This document shows, one piece after another, positions 50,909-60,428 of a stretch of DNA of 64,000 nucleotides. A model generated the notes under the pieces. It did no database searches. It was not told the DNA's origin and worked only from the letters and a program-made list of their open reading frames with translations. Position 1 is the stretch's first letter. Each line of letters opens with the position of its first letter. The stretch lies in assembly GCA_046052125.1 (NCBI GenBank), contig JBJOMY010000004.1:96001-160000 (forward strand), given 5' to 3'. This DNA is from Cyanobacteriota bacterium (GTDB taxonomy: Bacteria > Cyanobacteriota > Cyanobacteriia > PCC-6307 > Cyanobiaceae). The position numbers and the translations under genes are program-made.

Positions 50909-52840
50909 ATGCCCACCGCTGAGATCAACTGGAGCGGCAGCCGCCAGGATCAGCGGGCCCTGGCCGCTCGCCCGGATTGGAGTGCTCTCACCGGCCTTGA
51001 GCAGCTGTGGGGGCCGTTGGCCGAACGCCATGGGGATGCCACCGCACTGGATGCCCCCCATGCCAAGCCGCCGGAGCAGCTGAGCTTCCGCGATCTTCAC
51101 GCCCGCATTGAGCAGGCGGCTGCAGGGTTTGCAGCCCTCGGTGTGAAGCCGGGCGAGGTGGTGGCTTTGTTTTCGGAGAACAGCCCCCGTTGGCTCGTGG
51201 CTGATCAGGCCCTGATGCGCCTGGGTGCCGCCGATGCAGTGCGTGGCAGTGCGGCGCCGGTGGAGGAGTTGCGCTACATCGCCGCCGATTGCGGGGCCGT
51301 GGCTCTGGTGCTCGAGTCGGCGGAGTTGCTGTCGCGGCTGAAGCTCAGCAGCGAGTTGCTGGGCCAACTGCGCTTTGTGGTGGTGCTGCAGGGCGATCGC
51401 GGCTCAGTGGTGCCGGTGTTGCCCTGTTTCACCTGGGAGGAGCTGATGGCCCGCGGCGCCGCAGCCCCCGCGCCGGCCTGGCCCCAAGGGGGCGATCAAC
51501 GCCTGGCCACCGTGCTGTACACCTCCGGCACCACGGGCCAACCCAAAGGCGTGCCCCTCAGCCACGCCAACCTGCTGCACCAGCTGCGCCATCTCGGCGT
51601 GGCCGTGGCTTCGCAGCCTGGCGATCGGGTGCTGAGTGTGCTGCCGATCTGGCATGCCTACGAGCGCAGCGCCGAATATTTCCTGCTCGCCTGCGGCTGC
51701 TCGCAGACCTACACCAACCTCAAGCAGCTGCGGCCCGATTTGCAACGGGTGCGGCCCCACTATCTGATCAGCGTGCCGCGTCTGTGGGAGGCTCTGCTCA
51801 GCGGCTTTGAGGATGCGCTGGCGGCGATGCCCTCCGCTCGCCAGAAGCTGCTCCGCTCCGCCTTGGGCCTGAGCCGCTACCACTGCCTCTCACGGCGGGT
51901 GGCGGCCGATCGCACCCTCGCTCCCGAGCCGGCCGGGCGCCGGTTGCTGGCGGCGGGTGGGGCGCTGTTGAGCTGGCCCTTGCATGGCCTGGCCAGCCGC
52001 GTGCTTTGGCCCAAGGTGCGCCAGCAGCTGATCGGTGGCCGTTTGCGCACGGCCATCAGCGGTGGAGGTGCCCTGGCGATCCACGTGGATGGCTTCTTTG
52101 AGGCGGTGGGGATTGAGCTGTTGGTGGGCTACGGCCTCACCGAAACCAGCCCCGTGCTCACCTGCCGCCGCCGCTGGAACAACCGCCGCGGCAGCTCCGG
52201 CCAGCCCCTGCCGGGCACGGCGATCCGGATTGTTGATCCCGAGAGCGGTGCGCTGCTCCAGGTGGGCCAGCGGGGCCGCGTGCTGGCCAGAGGGCCCCAG
52301 GTGATGGGGGGCTATCTGGGCAAACCCGAAGCCACCGCCAAGGTGCTGGATGCGCAGGGTTGGTTTGACACCGGCGATCTGGGCCAACTTTTGGCTGATG
52401 GAACCCTGGTGCTCACCGGCCGCGCTAAGGACACGATCGTGCTCAGCAGCGGCGAGAACATCGAACCGGGCCCCCTGGAGGAGTGCCTGGTGGCCTGCAC
52501 CCTGGTGGAGCAGGTGATGCTCGTGGGGCAAGACCGCAAAGCTCTTGGAGCCCTGGTGGTGCCCAAGGCCGAGGCCCTGGCCAACTGGGCCCGCGAGGAG
52601 GGGCTGCCGCTGCCGCAGGGCAGCGCCGCCGACCCGGCGTTGCTCAAGGCGCTCACCGGCAGGCTCAATCGCCGCTTGCAGGCGCGTGCCGGTGCCCGCC
52701 CGGATGAGCGCCTGGCCGGTGTGGCCCTGGTGGAGCCGTTCACCCTCGACAACGGCCTGCTCACCCAGACCCTCAAGCAGAAGCGCGATCGCATTGCCGA
52801 GCGCGATGCGGCGGCGATCGAGGCGATCTACGGCCGTTGA
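50909..52840 (+). CDS. aas: Long-chain acyl-ACP/CoA synthetase
   Basis: YTSGTTGQPKG, GYGLTE, FDTGDLG, GRAKDTIVLSSGENIEP. Confidence 0.88.
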   Translation: MPTAEINWSGSRQDQRALAARPDWSALTGLEQLWGPLAERHGDATALDAPHAKPPEQLSFRDLHARIEQAAAGFAALGVKPGEVVALFSENSPRWLVADQALMRLGAADAVRGSAAPVEELRYIAADCGAVALVLESAELLSRLKLSSELLGQLRFVVVLQGDRGSVVPVLPCFTWEELMARGAAAPAPAWPQGGDQRLATVLYTSGTTGQPKGVPLSHANLLHQLRHLGVAVASQPGDRVLSVLPIWHAYERSAEYFLLACGCSQTYTNLKQLRPDLQRVRPHYLISVPRLWEALLSGFEDALAAMPSARQKLLRSALGLSRYHCLSRRVAADRTLAPEPAGRRLLAAGGALLSWPLHGLASRVLWPKVRQQLIGGRLRTAISGGGALAIHVDGFFEAVGIELLVGYGLTETSPVLTCRRRWNNRRGSSGQPLPGTAIRIVDPESGALLQVGQRGRVLARGPQVMGGYLGKPEATAKVLDAQGWFDTGDLGQLLADGTLVLTGRAKDTIVLSSGENIEPGPLEECLVACTLVEQVMLVGQDRKALGALVVPKAEALANWAREEGLPLPQGSAADPALLKALTGRLNRRLQARAGARPDERLAGVALVEPFTLDNGLLTQTLKQKRDRIAERDAAAIEAIYGR

Positions 52841-52944
52841 TCTGCACCGTTGCGTTGGCGGGTGAACGGGCCGGAAACCCGCCCGGCCGCTGCGTTGCCC
52901 CAGCCGCCCAACGCTGACAACCTGTGCGCTGATTGTTCAGACCC

Positions 52945-53388
52945 ATGGCCGACGGCAGCCTCTCGATCAAGCGCTCGATCACCGTGCGCGCCGTGGTGAC
53001 CCCTCGCTGGAAAGAGGACGCCGAACGCGAGATCAGCAATGCCATCGCCGGCAGTGATGCCCAGCTGGCGCAGCTTGAGCAGGAAGGTCAGCAGCTGGTG
53101 GATGCGATCCGCAGCCAGAGCGCCAATCCCCTTGATCCCCGCGTGCAGGACCAGGTGGCCTCGGTTCAGGAGCAGGTGGCTGCCAAGCGGGCTGAGCTCG
53201 AGGAGCAGAAGCGTCAGCTGATCGAGCAGCAGCGGCAGGTGCGCGATCTGGAGATGGAGCAGATCGTGGAGCAGGGCCAGCTGGAGAGCTTCTGCGATGT
53301 GAGTGTCGGCGACAACCTCGTGGAGAAGTTGTCGGTGTCTGTCGTGGTGCGCGATGGGGTGATCGAAGCGATCGAAGGCACCCTCTGA
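52945..53388 (+). CDS. YlqD family protein
   Basis: IKRSITVRAVVTPRWKE, coiled coil, VGDNLVEKL...VRDGVI. Confidence 0.88.
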   Translation: MADGSLSIKRSITVRAVVTPRWKEDAEREISNAIAGSDAQLAQLEQEGQQLVDAIRSQSANPLDPRVQDQVASVQEQVAAKRAELEEQKRQLIEQQRQVRDLEMEQIVEQGQLESFCDVSVGDNLVEKLSVSVVVRDGVIEAIEGTL

Positions 53389-53461
53389 TCAGCTGCTGCG
53401 CCAGCACAGGGCGGGGAAGCGAGCCACGTAAAATCCGCCCCAATTGCGCGGCAGACCTCCG

Positions 53462-54799
53462 TTGGCCACCCACGAAATCTTTATGCCCGCCCTCTCCTCC
53501 ACCATGACGGAGGGCAAGATCGTGGAGTGGCTCAAGAAGCCCGGCGACAAGGTGGAGCGCGGTGAGTCGGTGCTCGTGGTCGAGTCCGACAAGGCCGACA
53601 TGGACGTGGAATCGTTCAACGAGGGCTATCTCGCCGCCGTGCTGATGCCGGCTGGCGGCACCGCTCCCGTTGGCGAAACCATCGGTCTGATCGTGGAGAC
53701 CCAGGCGGAGATCGCCGAGGTTCAGGCCAAGGCCCCCAGTGGTGGCGCTCCTGCAGCGGCAGCTGCCCCTGCCGCCCCTCCCGCTGTTGCTGCGGCTGCG
53801 CCTGCCGCTCCCGCTGCACCGGCTCCTGTGGTGGCAGCCCCGGTGGCTGTGGCCGCCGCTCCGGCTCCGGTGAGCAATGGCCGCATCGTGGCCAGCCCCC
53901 GCGCCAAGAAGCTGGCCAGCCAGCACGGTGTGGCCCTGGAAACCCTGCGTGGCAGCGGCCCCCACGGTCGCATTCAGGCGGAAGACGTGGAGCGCGCCCT
54001 CGGCCTCACCGTGGCTGTTCCCCGCGTGGCTGAGGGCTCAGGCCCTGCTGCTGTGGCTGCAGCCGGCAATGGTGCTGCTGCGCCCGCACCGGCCCCGGCC
54101 GGCGACGCCTTCGGTCGCCCCGGCGAGAGCGTGAGCTTCAACACGCTCCAGAACGCGGTCAACCGCAACATGCTGGCCAGCCTGGAAGTGCCATGTTTCC
54201 GGGTGGGCTACACGATCACCACCACCAAGCTCGACGCCTTCTACAAGCAGGTGAAGAGCAAGGGCGTCACCATGACCGCCCTGCTCGCCAAGGCTGTGGG
54301 CGTGGTGCTCGCCCGCCATCCGCAGGTGAATGCCGCCACCAGCGCCGACGGCATCGCCATGGCCTACCCCGCTGCGGTGAATGTGGCCGTCGCGGTGGCC
54401 ATGGAAGACGGTGGCCTGATCACCCCGGTGCTGGCCAACGCCGACAAGACCGATATCTATTCACTGGCTCGCAACTGGGCTGATCTGGTGAGCCGTGCCC
54501 GCAGCAAGCAGCTGCAGCCCGACGAATACAGCACCGGCACCTTCACCCTCTCCAACCTGGGCATGTTCGGTGTGGATCGCTTCGACGCGATCCTGCCCCC
54601 GGGCACCGGCGCGATCCTTGCGGTGGCGGCCTCCCGCCCCACGGTGGTGGCCGGCAAGGACGGCTCTATGCGAGTAGCCAATCAGATGCAGGTGAACCTC
54701 ACCTGCGATCACCGCGTGATCTACGGCGCCCATGCCGCCGCCTTCCTCAAGGATCTGGCCCAGCTGATCGAAACCAACCCCGAAAGCCTTGCCGTCTGA
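53462..54799 (+). CDS. pdhC: Pyruvate dehydrogenase E2 (dihydrolipoamide acetyltransferase)
   Basis: [11 protein letters not shown], lipoyl ESDKA, Ala/Pro linker, [19 protein letters not shown] 53462. Confidence 0.95.
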   Translation: MATHEIFMPALSSTMTEGKIVEWLKKPGDKVERGESVLVVESDKADMDVESFNEGYLAAVLMPAGGTAPVGETIGLIVETQAEIAEVQAKAPSGGAPAAAAAPAAPPAVAAAAPAAPAAPAPVVAAPVAVAAAPAPVSNGRIVASPRAKKLASQHGVALETLRGSGPHGRIQAEDVERALGLTVAVPRVAEGSGPAAVAAAGNGAAAPAPAPAGDAFGRPGESVSFNTLQNAVNRNMLASLEVPCFRVGYTITTTKLDAFYKQVKSKGVTMTALLAKAVGVVLARHPQVNAATSADGIAMAYPAAVNVAVAVAMEDGGLITPVLANADKTDIYSLARNWADLVSRARSKQLQPDEYSTGTFTLSNLGMFGVDRFDAILPPGTGAILAVAASRPTVVAGKDGSMRVANQMQVNLTCDHRVIYGAHAAAFLKDLAQLIETNPESLAV

Positions 54800-55895
54800 G
54801 CCGGCCGATCAGCGGCTGTCGAGCTACATCTTCGATCTTCCGGAGACGTTCATTGCTCAACGGCCCGTCGAGCCGCGCCACTCCGCCCGGTTGCTGGCTG
54901 TTGATCCGGGTCCATCCTCCAGCTGCCGCCACCTGACGGTCTGGGATCTGCAGCACGAGCTGCAGCCTGGCGATCTTCTGGTGGTGAACAACACCCGGGT
55001 GCTTAAAGCCCGTCTGCATGTTCGGCGGCTCAGCGGTGGTTCGGTGGAGCTGCTGGTGCTCGAGCCGGTGCAGGGCAGCGATTGGTTGTGTCTGGCGCGT
55101 CCTGCCAAACGGCTCAAGCCCGGTGAGGTGTTGCAGCTTGAGCACGACGGACAGGAGCCGTTGCCGCTGGAGGTGGTGGGCATCGATGAGGCCAGTGGAG
55201 GTCGCGTGGTGCGCTTCCCTCAGGAGTGCACCAGCCCCGAGGCGATCGAAGCCCTGCTGGCGCGTTATGGCTCGATCCCCCTGCCTCCCTACATCCAGCA
55301 GCAGAGCGACGACGACGACACGCGCTATCAGACCCGCTACGCCTCCCGCCCCGGAGCCGTGGCCGCACCCACGGCGGGGTTGCACTTCAGCGATGAACTG
55401 ATCAGCGCGATCCGCGCCCGTGGTGTGGAGTTGGCGGAGGTCACCCTGCACGTGGGTCTGGGCACGTTTCGGCCTGTGGAAACCGAAGACCTCACGCAGC
55501 TGGAGTTGCACAGCGAATGGGTGGAGGTATCGCCCAAGCTGGTGGAGGCCGTGGCTGCCTGCCGCGCCCGCGGCGGCAGGGTGATTGCCGTGGGCACCAC
55601 CAGCGTGCGCAGCCTGGAGGCGGTGGCCCAGCTGCATGGCGGCGCGCTGAAGCCCCACACCGGCCCCGTGAACCTCGTGATTCAGCCGGGCTATCGCTTT
55701 GCGGTGGTGCAGGGCCTGCTGACCAACTTCCACCTGCCCAAGAGTTCGCTGCTCCTGCTGGTGAGCGCCCTGATCGGCCGCCAGCGCCTGCTGGGTCTCT
55801 ATGAGCAAGCCAAGGCCGAGGGCTATCGCTTCTTCTCCTACGGCGATGCCATGTGGATCGCGCCGGAGGCGGTGATGGCGGAAGCGCGCCCCTGA
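54789..55895 (+). CDS. queA: SAM:tRNA ribosyltransferase-isomerase
   Basis: [41 protein letters not shown]. Confidence 0.97.
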   Translation: MPSEPADQRLSSYIFDLPETFIAQRPVEPRHSARLLAVDPGPSSSCRHLTVWDLQHELQPGDLLVVNNTRVLKARLHVRRLSGGSVELLVLEPVQGSDWLCLARPAKRLKPGEVLQLEHDGQEPLPLEVVGIDEASGGRVVRFPQECTSPEAIEALLARYGSIPLPPYIQQQSDDDDTRYQTRYASRPGAVAAPTAGLHFSDELISAIRARGVELAEVTLHVGLGTFRPVETEDLTQLELHSEWVEVSPKLVEAVAACRARGGRVIAVGTTSVRSLEAVAQLHGGALKPHTGPVNLVIQPGYRFAVVQGLLTNFHLPKSSLLLLVSALIGRQRLLGLYEQAKAEGYRFFSYGDAMWIAPEAVMAEARP

Positions 55896-55929
55896 TGAAG
55901 CGTGACCCTGAGGCTGAAAATCAGCCATC

Positions 55930-55957
55930 AAAAAAGCCCCCGGGGGTTCCGGGGGCT
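55930..55957 (-). terminator. Intrinsic terminator after sodB (possibly shared with queA)
   Basis: AGCCCCCGG-N5-CCGGGGGCT stem with an A run on the plus strand. Confidence 0.8.
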
Positions 55958-55980
55958 GGGGTTGTGATCGCGACGATCGA

Positions 55981-56580
55981 TCAGGCGGCGGCCAGGTTGG
56001 CGGCCACGAAGTCCCAGTTCACCAGCTTGTCGAGGTAGGTGGTGATGTAGTCGGGACGGCGGTTCTGGTAGTCGAGGTAGTAGGCGTGCTCCCACACATC
56101 CATGGTGAGCAGAGCCTTCTGACCGTGGGCCAGGGGCAGATCGGCGTTGCCGGTCTTGGTCACCTTGAGGGTGCCGTTGTCGAGCACCAGCCAGGCCCAG
56201 CCGCTGCCGAACTGGGTGGCGCCGGCGGCCTTGAACTCCTCAACGAACTTCTCGAAGCTGCCGAAGTCAGCGTTGATTTTGTCGAGCAGAGCGCCGCTGG
56301 GGGTGCCGCCGCCATTGGGCTTGATGCACTGCCAGTAGAAGCTGTGGTTCCACACCTGAGCGGCGTTGTTGAACACGCCGGCTTTGCTGGCGTCACCGGC
56401 CACGGCGGTGATGGTGTCTTCCAGGCTCTTGCCTTCCAGCTCGGTGCCGGCCACCAAGTTGTTGAGGTTGGTCACGTAAGCGTTGTGGTGCTTGCCGTGG
56501 TGGAACTCAAGGGTTTGGCGGGAGATGTGGGGCTCGAGCGCATCGAGGCCGTAGGGCAGCGCAGGCAGCGTGTGAGCCAT
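55981..56580 (-). CDS. sodB: Fe superoxide dismutase
   Basis: [16 protein letters not shown] (Fe-type), [15 protein letters not shown]. Confidence 0.96.
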   Translation of the reverse strand: MAHTLPALPYGLDALEPHISRQTLEFHHGKHHNAYVTNLNNLVAGTELEGKSLEDTITAVAGDASKAGVFNNAAQVWNHSFYWQCIKPNGGGTPSGALLDKINADFGSFEKFVEEFKAAGATQFGSGWAWLVLDNGTLKVTKTGNADLPLAHGQKALLTMDVWEHAYYLDYQNRRPDYITTYLDKLVNWDFVAANLAAA

Positions 56581-56733
56581 GAGACGTGGGGTCGTGCTGG
56601 GTGTGGCCGGCCTAGCGCCGGTCGGCCCGGCATCCTAACGATCGCTTCAGGTTTCGTAAGTCGCGAGAACCGAATCCCCAGGAGGGTGTACGGGCGCCAC
56701 GTGTGAACGCTGGCGCTCCGGAGGACACCTGAA

Positions 56734-57357
56734 TCAGCCCTTGATCTCCAGCAGTTCCACTTCAAAGATCAGCGTGGCATTCGGGGGAATCACACCGCCC
56801 GCACCGCGCTCGCCGTAGGCCAGATCGGCGGGAATCACCAGCTTGCGCTTGCCGCCCACCTGCATGCCTGCCACACCTTCATCCCAGCCTTTGATCACCC
56901 GGCCGGCGCCGAGGGGGAAGGAGAAGGGACCGCGGCCATAGCTGCTGTCGAACTCTTTGCCGTTCTCCAGGGTGCCGCGGTAGTTCACCACCACGGTCTG
57001 ACCCGAGGTGGCTTCGGGGCCATCACCCAGCTCCAGATCGGTGATGCGCAGGCCGCTGGGGGTCACGCGTTCCTTGGCGACCACCAGTTCTCCACCGAGG
57101 GCGGAAGCGCCGGAATCGGCGATCTGATCAGGGCTGCCGGTGTCGTTGGCCATGGTGAAAAGGGTGGGGTTGGGGTCTTCGGGATCCAATTCGAACTGGC
57201 CACGCACAGGGGCTTGCATCGCCGCCGGCGCGGCTGAGACGACTGCGGCTTGTGCCGTGGGTTGCGCCTGCACTGTGGAGGGCGACACCAGCTGACTGAC
57301 CAGGGCCAGCAACAGGCAGGCCACGCACACAGCTGAACTGATCAGGATGTCGCGCAT
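56734..57357 (-). CDS. FKBP-type peptidyl-prolyl isomerase with signal peptide
   Basis: [35 protein letters not shown]. Confidence 0.95.
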   Translation of the reverse strand: MRDILISSAVCVACLLLALVSQLVSPSTVQAQPTAQAAVVSAAPAAMQAPVRGQFELDPEDPNPTLFTMANDTGSPDQIADSGASALGGELVVAKERVTPSGLRITDLELGDGPEATSGQTVVVNYRGTLENGKEFDSSYGRGPFSFPLGAGRVIKGWDEGVAGMQVGGKRKLVIPADLAYGERGAGGVIPPNATLIFEVELLEIKG

Positions 57358-57399
57358 GGGCTGGTTGGATCGCTGCGTTGGCGCGATTCTGCCCCAGCT

Positions 57400-57774
57400 T
57401 CAGTCGGGAAGGTCGCCATAGCCGCTGGTGTTGCTGGCGGGATCGTCGCTGCGCTGACGCCGCAGCTGCTGCTCGAGGCGATCAATGCGCCCGCGCAGCT
57501 CATCCACCTCCCGCTGCCGGGCGAGGCCCAGATCCTGCAGCAGGTGATCGAGGTTGCGCTCCACCTGGCGTTCGGTCTGTTTCTCCAGCTCGGGGTTCTC
57601 TCCGCGGAGGCTGGCGAGCACGTCATCCACCAAAGCAGTGGCCTGGCTCGGATCCAGCCGGCCACTGCGTACCCAGGCCTGGGTCACGCCCCTGAGTCGT
57701 TCAGACACCAGCGACGTGGTGCCGAGCCCGCGCACCAGCAGCTGTTGCAGGGGATTGCTCGGATCCATGGCCAT
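57400..57774 (-). CDS. Phasin-like coiled-coil protein
   Basis: RGLGTTSLV...LQDLGLARQREVDELRGRIDRLE pattern. Confidence 0.75.
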   Translation of the reverse strand: MAMDPSNPLQQLLVRGLGTTSLVSERLRGVTQAWVRSGRLDPSQATALVDDVLASLRGENPELEKQTERQVERNLDHLLQDLGLARQREVDELRGRIDRLEQQLRRQRSDDPASNTSGYGDLPD

Positions 57775-57825
57775 CGCCGTTGAAGCGCTCTGTGCAAACC
57801 ATGGCGCTTCCTAGGGTCTGTGGCC

Positions 57826-59295
57826 ATGGCAGGCAACCGGCCGTTGTGGAGATGGTGGATCGCTCTCGCAGCAGGTGGGCTGGCGGGAGCGGCTCTGCCT
57901 CCTTGGGGCTGCCCGCCGTTGCTGTGGCTGGCGCTGCTGCCGTTGTGGGCTCTGGGCCCGGGGCCGGCTCTGGCCTGGGGTGCTGCGGCAGTGCTGGTGA
58001 GTCACCGCTGGTTGCTCTGGTTGCACCCGTTGGATTGGGTGGGGGTGCCGCTGCCTCTCAGCCTGCCCCTGTGCGTCCTGCTCTGGCTGGGCCTTGGGGT
58101 GTTGGGAGCCCTGCTGGTGTCGGGGTGGCGTTGGGTTGTGCAGCGTCTTGGAGCCGATCGCCTCAGCACGGCCTGCCTAGCGGCATCGCTGTGGGGTTTG
58201 GCGGAGGTGCTTCTGGCGAAAGGACCGCTGTTTTGGATCGGCCTGGGCACCGCTGTGTTGCCGGGAGATCGGGCCCTGGCGGGTCTGGCGCAGCTGGTGG
58301 GCGTTGGTGGCCTGGCCGCCCTGCAGCTGCTGCTGAGTTGGTGGGTGTGGCGCTGGCTCCTCAACTTGTTCTCGCAGCGTTCAGGAGCAGGACGTTCAGC
58401 GCTGACCTGGCTGGTGCTGGTGTTGGTGCTGCACGGTTGGGGCTGGTGGCTTGTGCTGGCGGAGCAGCGGACGGCCGAGGCTGCGAATCGATCCCTCTCG
58501 CTGCTGGTGCTGCAGCCGGCGATCCCCACCCGTGAAAAATTCAGCTGGACCCAGCAGCAGGCCCTGATGCGGCGCCTCGCTGCAGCGCAGGCTCAGGCAG
58601 AAGCGCTCGGGGTGGATGCCCTGTTGCTGCCTGAGGGGGCGCTGGCCCTTGGAGAGCCCTTGCCCCGCGCGGCTGCGGTTGAGGTGTTGAGCGGTGGCTT
58701 TCGCCAGGCGGGCGAGCGTCTCCACAGTTCGCTGCTGCGATTTGAGCCGGGTTCGTTAACGGCCGATCAGGCCCTCGATAAGCACCGGCTGGTTCCCCTC
58801 GGTGAGTGGATCCCCGCTCCCCAGTGGCTCGCCTGGAGTGGGCTGTCCGCGGTGGGGGGCATCGATCCCGGCCAGCCTTCACGCCTGCTGTCTCGCCCTG
58901 GTGGGGACGTGGGCGTGGCGATTTGCTACGAGCTGGCTGATGGCACGGCTCTGGCGGCAGCCAGTCGGGACGGGGCGCGCTGGCTGTTGGCGAGCGCCAA
59001 TCTCGATCCGTATCCCAGCCAGCTCCAGCGGCAATTTGAAGCCCTCGCTCAGCTGCGCGCTTTGGAATCCAGCCGCTGGCTGGTGAGTGCGGCCAACACG
59101 GGCCCGAGCTTGGTGGTGAACCCAGCTGGCGAGGTGCTTCAGCGCTTGCCCGCCGGAGAGGCGGGAACCCTGGCGGTTCGGATCAGTGAGCGCTCGGAGA
59201 TCACGGTCTACGGGCGCGTAGGTGAGTGGCCCTTGCTGCTGCTTGGCCTCACCAGCGGCATCGCCCGGACCCGTTTCAGGGTGCGACAATCTTGA
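57826..59295 (+). CDS. lnt: Apolipoprotein N-acyltransferase
   Basis: N-terminal TM segments; catalytic E-K-C in LPEGA, KHRLVPLGE, ICYE; ANTGPS. Confidence 0.93.
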   Translation: MAGNRPLWRWWIALAAGGLAGAALPPWGCPPLLWLALLPLWALGPGPALAWGAAAVLVSHRWLLWLHPLDWVGVPLPLSLPLCVLLWLGLGVLGALLVSGWRWVVQRLGADRLSTACLAASLWGLAEVLLAKGPLFWIGLGTAVLPGDRALAGLAQLVGVGGLAALQLLLSWWVWRWLLNLFSQRSGAGRSALTWLVLVLVLHGWGWWLVLAEQRTAEAANRSLSLLVLQPAIPTREKFSWTQQQALMRRLAAAQAQAEALGVDALLLPEGALALGEPLPRAAAVEVLSGGFRQAGERLHSSLLRFEPGSLTADQALDKHRLVPLGEWIPAPQWLAWSGLSAVGGIDPGQPSRLLSRPGGDVGVAICYELADGTALAAASRDGARWLLASANLDPYPSQLQRQFEALAQLRALESSRWLVSAANTGPSLVVNPAGEVLQRLPAGEAGTLAVRISERSEITVYGRVGEWPLLLLGLTSGIARTRFRVRQS

Positions 59296-59314
59296 GACAT
59301 TCTTGAGATCGCCT

Positions 59315-59863
59315 GTGCCTTTGCTGCCCCGGGCTCTGGCGTTGTTGATCGGCTCCGGCGCATGGCTCGGGCTGGCTGGCGGGGCTCTGGCGGCTCCTGG
59401 GCCCCTGCGCGATGAGGCGCAGCTGCTGGAGCAGCTGCGTTCCCTGGGGGTGGCTGTTTCGCTTGCGGGTGAGTGCGGTGCCCCTGGGCAGCTCGCCACT
59501 TACAACATGGGCGCCAACGTGCTGTGCCTGGGTGATGCGTTGCTGGCGAGGCCGGCTGAGCGCAGCAAGGTGTTGCATCACGAGTTGGTGCATGTGGTGC
59601 AGGACTGTCTCGATGGGCTCGAGACGCCCACCTCAATGACCCTGGTGGATGGTCTACGCCGCGCCGGCGATCTCACGGAGCGCCAGCTCAACGGTTTTTT
59701 CCTGCAGCACCTACGCGATCAGGGCAATCTCAGCCACGTGGTCGCCACAACCGCTCCATTGCCGCAGGACAGCCGACAGCGGGAGATTGAGGCCTACGCC
59801 TTGCAGGCCGACCCTGCTCTGGTGCAGCACTTATTGCGTGAAAGTTGCCGGCGCAAGCCATAA
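59315..59863 (+). CDS. Putative secreted HExxH metallopeptidase-like protein
   Basis: Signal-like N-terminus ending ALA, HHELVHVVQDC, downstream EIEAY; GTG 59315 inferred. Confidence 0.7.
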   Translation: MPLLPRALALLIGSGAWLGLAGGALAAPGPLRDEAQLLEQLRSLGVAVSLAGECGAPGQLATYNMGANVLCLGDALLARPAERSKVLHHELVHVVQDCLDGLETPTSMTLVDGLRRAGDLTERQLNGFFLQHLRDQGNLSHVVATTAPLPQDSRQREIEAYALQADPALVQHLLRESCRRKP

Positions 59864-59886
59864 AAGAAGCGCCCCATGGGGCGCTT
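59862..59886 (-). terminator. Intrinsic terminator between convergent genes
   Basis: AAGCGCCCC-AT-GGGGCGCTT perfect inverted repeat; the U-rich tail is on the minus strand. Confidence 0.75.
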
Positions 59887-59915
59887 GCTGTATCGAATGA
59901 ACAAAGCGTTCCGGA

Positions 59916-60017
59916 TCAGAAGATCTGAGCGCGTGGGTTGATCACGCTGGCCAGCTGAGCCTGATGCAGGCGCTTGGCTTTGAGGATCTGAGCGCGGATG
60001 AGAGCAAGTGTGTTCAT
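59916..60017 (-). CDS. 33-aa basic peptide downstream of glutamine riboswitch-like RNA
   Basis: ATG 60017 to TGA 59916: MNTLALIRAQILKAKRLHQAQLASVINPRAQIF. Below the ORF-track size cutoff; flanked by the riboswitch-like RNA and a terminator. Confidence 0.75.
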   Translation of the reverse strand: MNTLALIRAQILKAKRLHQAQLASVINPRAQIF

Positions 60018-60031
60018 GGCGGTGGCCTGAA

Positions 60032-60088
60032 ACCGGCAGCCCCGTTCCCTGCTGCCAAGGCGTGCGTCCCACAAAGGGGATGAACGTG
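60032..60088 (-). ncRNA. Glutamine-II (Downstream-peptide) riboswitch
   Basis: Minus strand CGUUC-A-UCCC-CUUUGU-GGGA-CGCACGCCUU-GGCAGC-AGG-GAACG-GG-GCUGCC: P1 CGUUC/GAACG, P2 UCCC/GGGA, pseudoknot GGCAGC/GCUGCC; lies directly 5' of a short ORF. Confidence 0.8.
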
Positions 60089-60096
60089 CTTAAACC

Positions 60097-60110
60097 GTGG
60101 CAACGGCTAC
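60097..60110 (-). promoter_or_regulatory. Putative NtcA binding site
   Basis: Minus strand GTA-gccgttgc-CAC, one mismatch to GTA-N8-TAC, about 10 nt upstream of the riboswitch. Confidence 0.55.
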
Positions 60111-60206
60111 TTGATCAAAAGAGTTCGTGGTGTACCACTCGCTCATTTTTCTGGTGTTTTCGGGTGTTGTGAGCGCTCGCGCGGTGTGAGGGATTGCCTA
60201 AAAGCG

Positions 60207-60237
60207 AAAAACCCCGCAGCCAACGGCTACGGGGTTT
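60207..60237 (-). terminator. Intrinsic terminator after tRNA-Ala
   Basis: Minus strand AAACCCCGUAGCC-GUU-GGCUGCGGGGUUUUU. Confidence 0.8.
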
Positions 60238-60250
60238 GACAGATCTTGAA

Positions 60251-60323
60251 TGGAGCCTAGGAGATTCGAACTCCTGACCCCTTGCATGCCATGCAAGTGC
60301 TCTACCAGCTGAGCTAAGGCCCC
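60251..60323 (-). tRNA. tRNA-Ala(GGC)
   Basis: Minus strand GGGGCCTTAGCTCAGCTGGTAGAGCA-CTTGC-ATGGCAT-GCAAG-GGGTCAGGAGTTCGAATCTCCTAGGCTCCA; anticodon GGC, G3-U70 pair. Confidence 0.97.
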
Positions 60324-60428
60324 GATGGGATCAAAAGGCTGATCGGGGCTGGACTCCCGAACCGGCCTTGCGGCCCGCCGTTTCGATGCAGAGAGCTTAC
60401 ACCGCAGGGGTGCAGGCCTGGTAGCTGC

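Noticed and set aside
9841..52802. Scattered GCGATCGC (HIP1) octamers
   Set aside because: Roughly ten seen by eye, all inside coding regions and unclustered; GATC-containing words are generally common here, so enrichment cannot be claimed without a Markov-model test
53735..53875. Repetitive GCC/GCT/CCC-rich tract
   Set aside because: Encodes the normal Ala/Pro linker of pyruvate dehydrogenase E2
56660..56682. Possible Fur-like box upstream of sodB
   Set aside because: Too degenerate and GC-rich to support without a PWM scan
60184..60194. Resemblance to the Yfr1 sRNA core (ACTCCTCACAC)
   Set aside because: Two mismatches and no flanking stem-loop plus terminator arrangement
60101..60230. 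CAACGGCTAC repeated at 60101-60110 and 60221-60230
   Set aside because: Each copy is explained separately (NtcA-like site and tRNA terminator stem) and the match does not extend; probably chance
59295..60250. Genomic island or prophage at tRNA-Ala
   Set aside because: Under 1 kb of accessory-looking DNA; no integrase, transposase or att-like repeat seen
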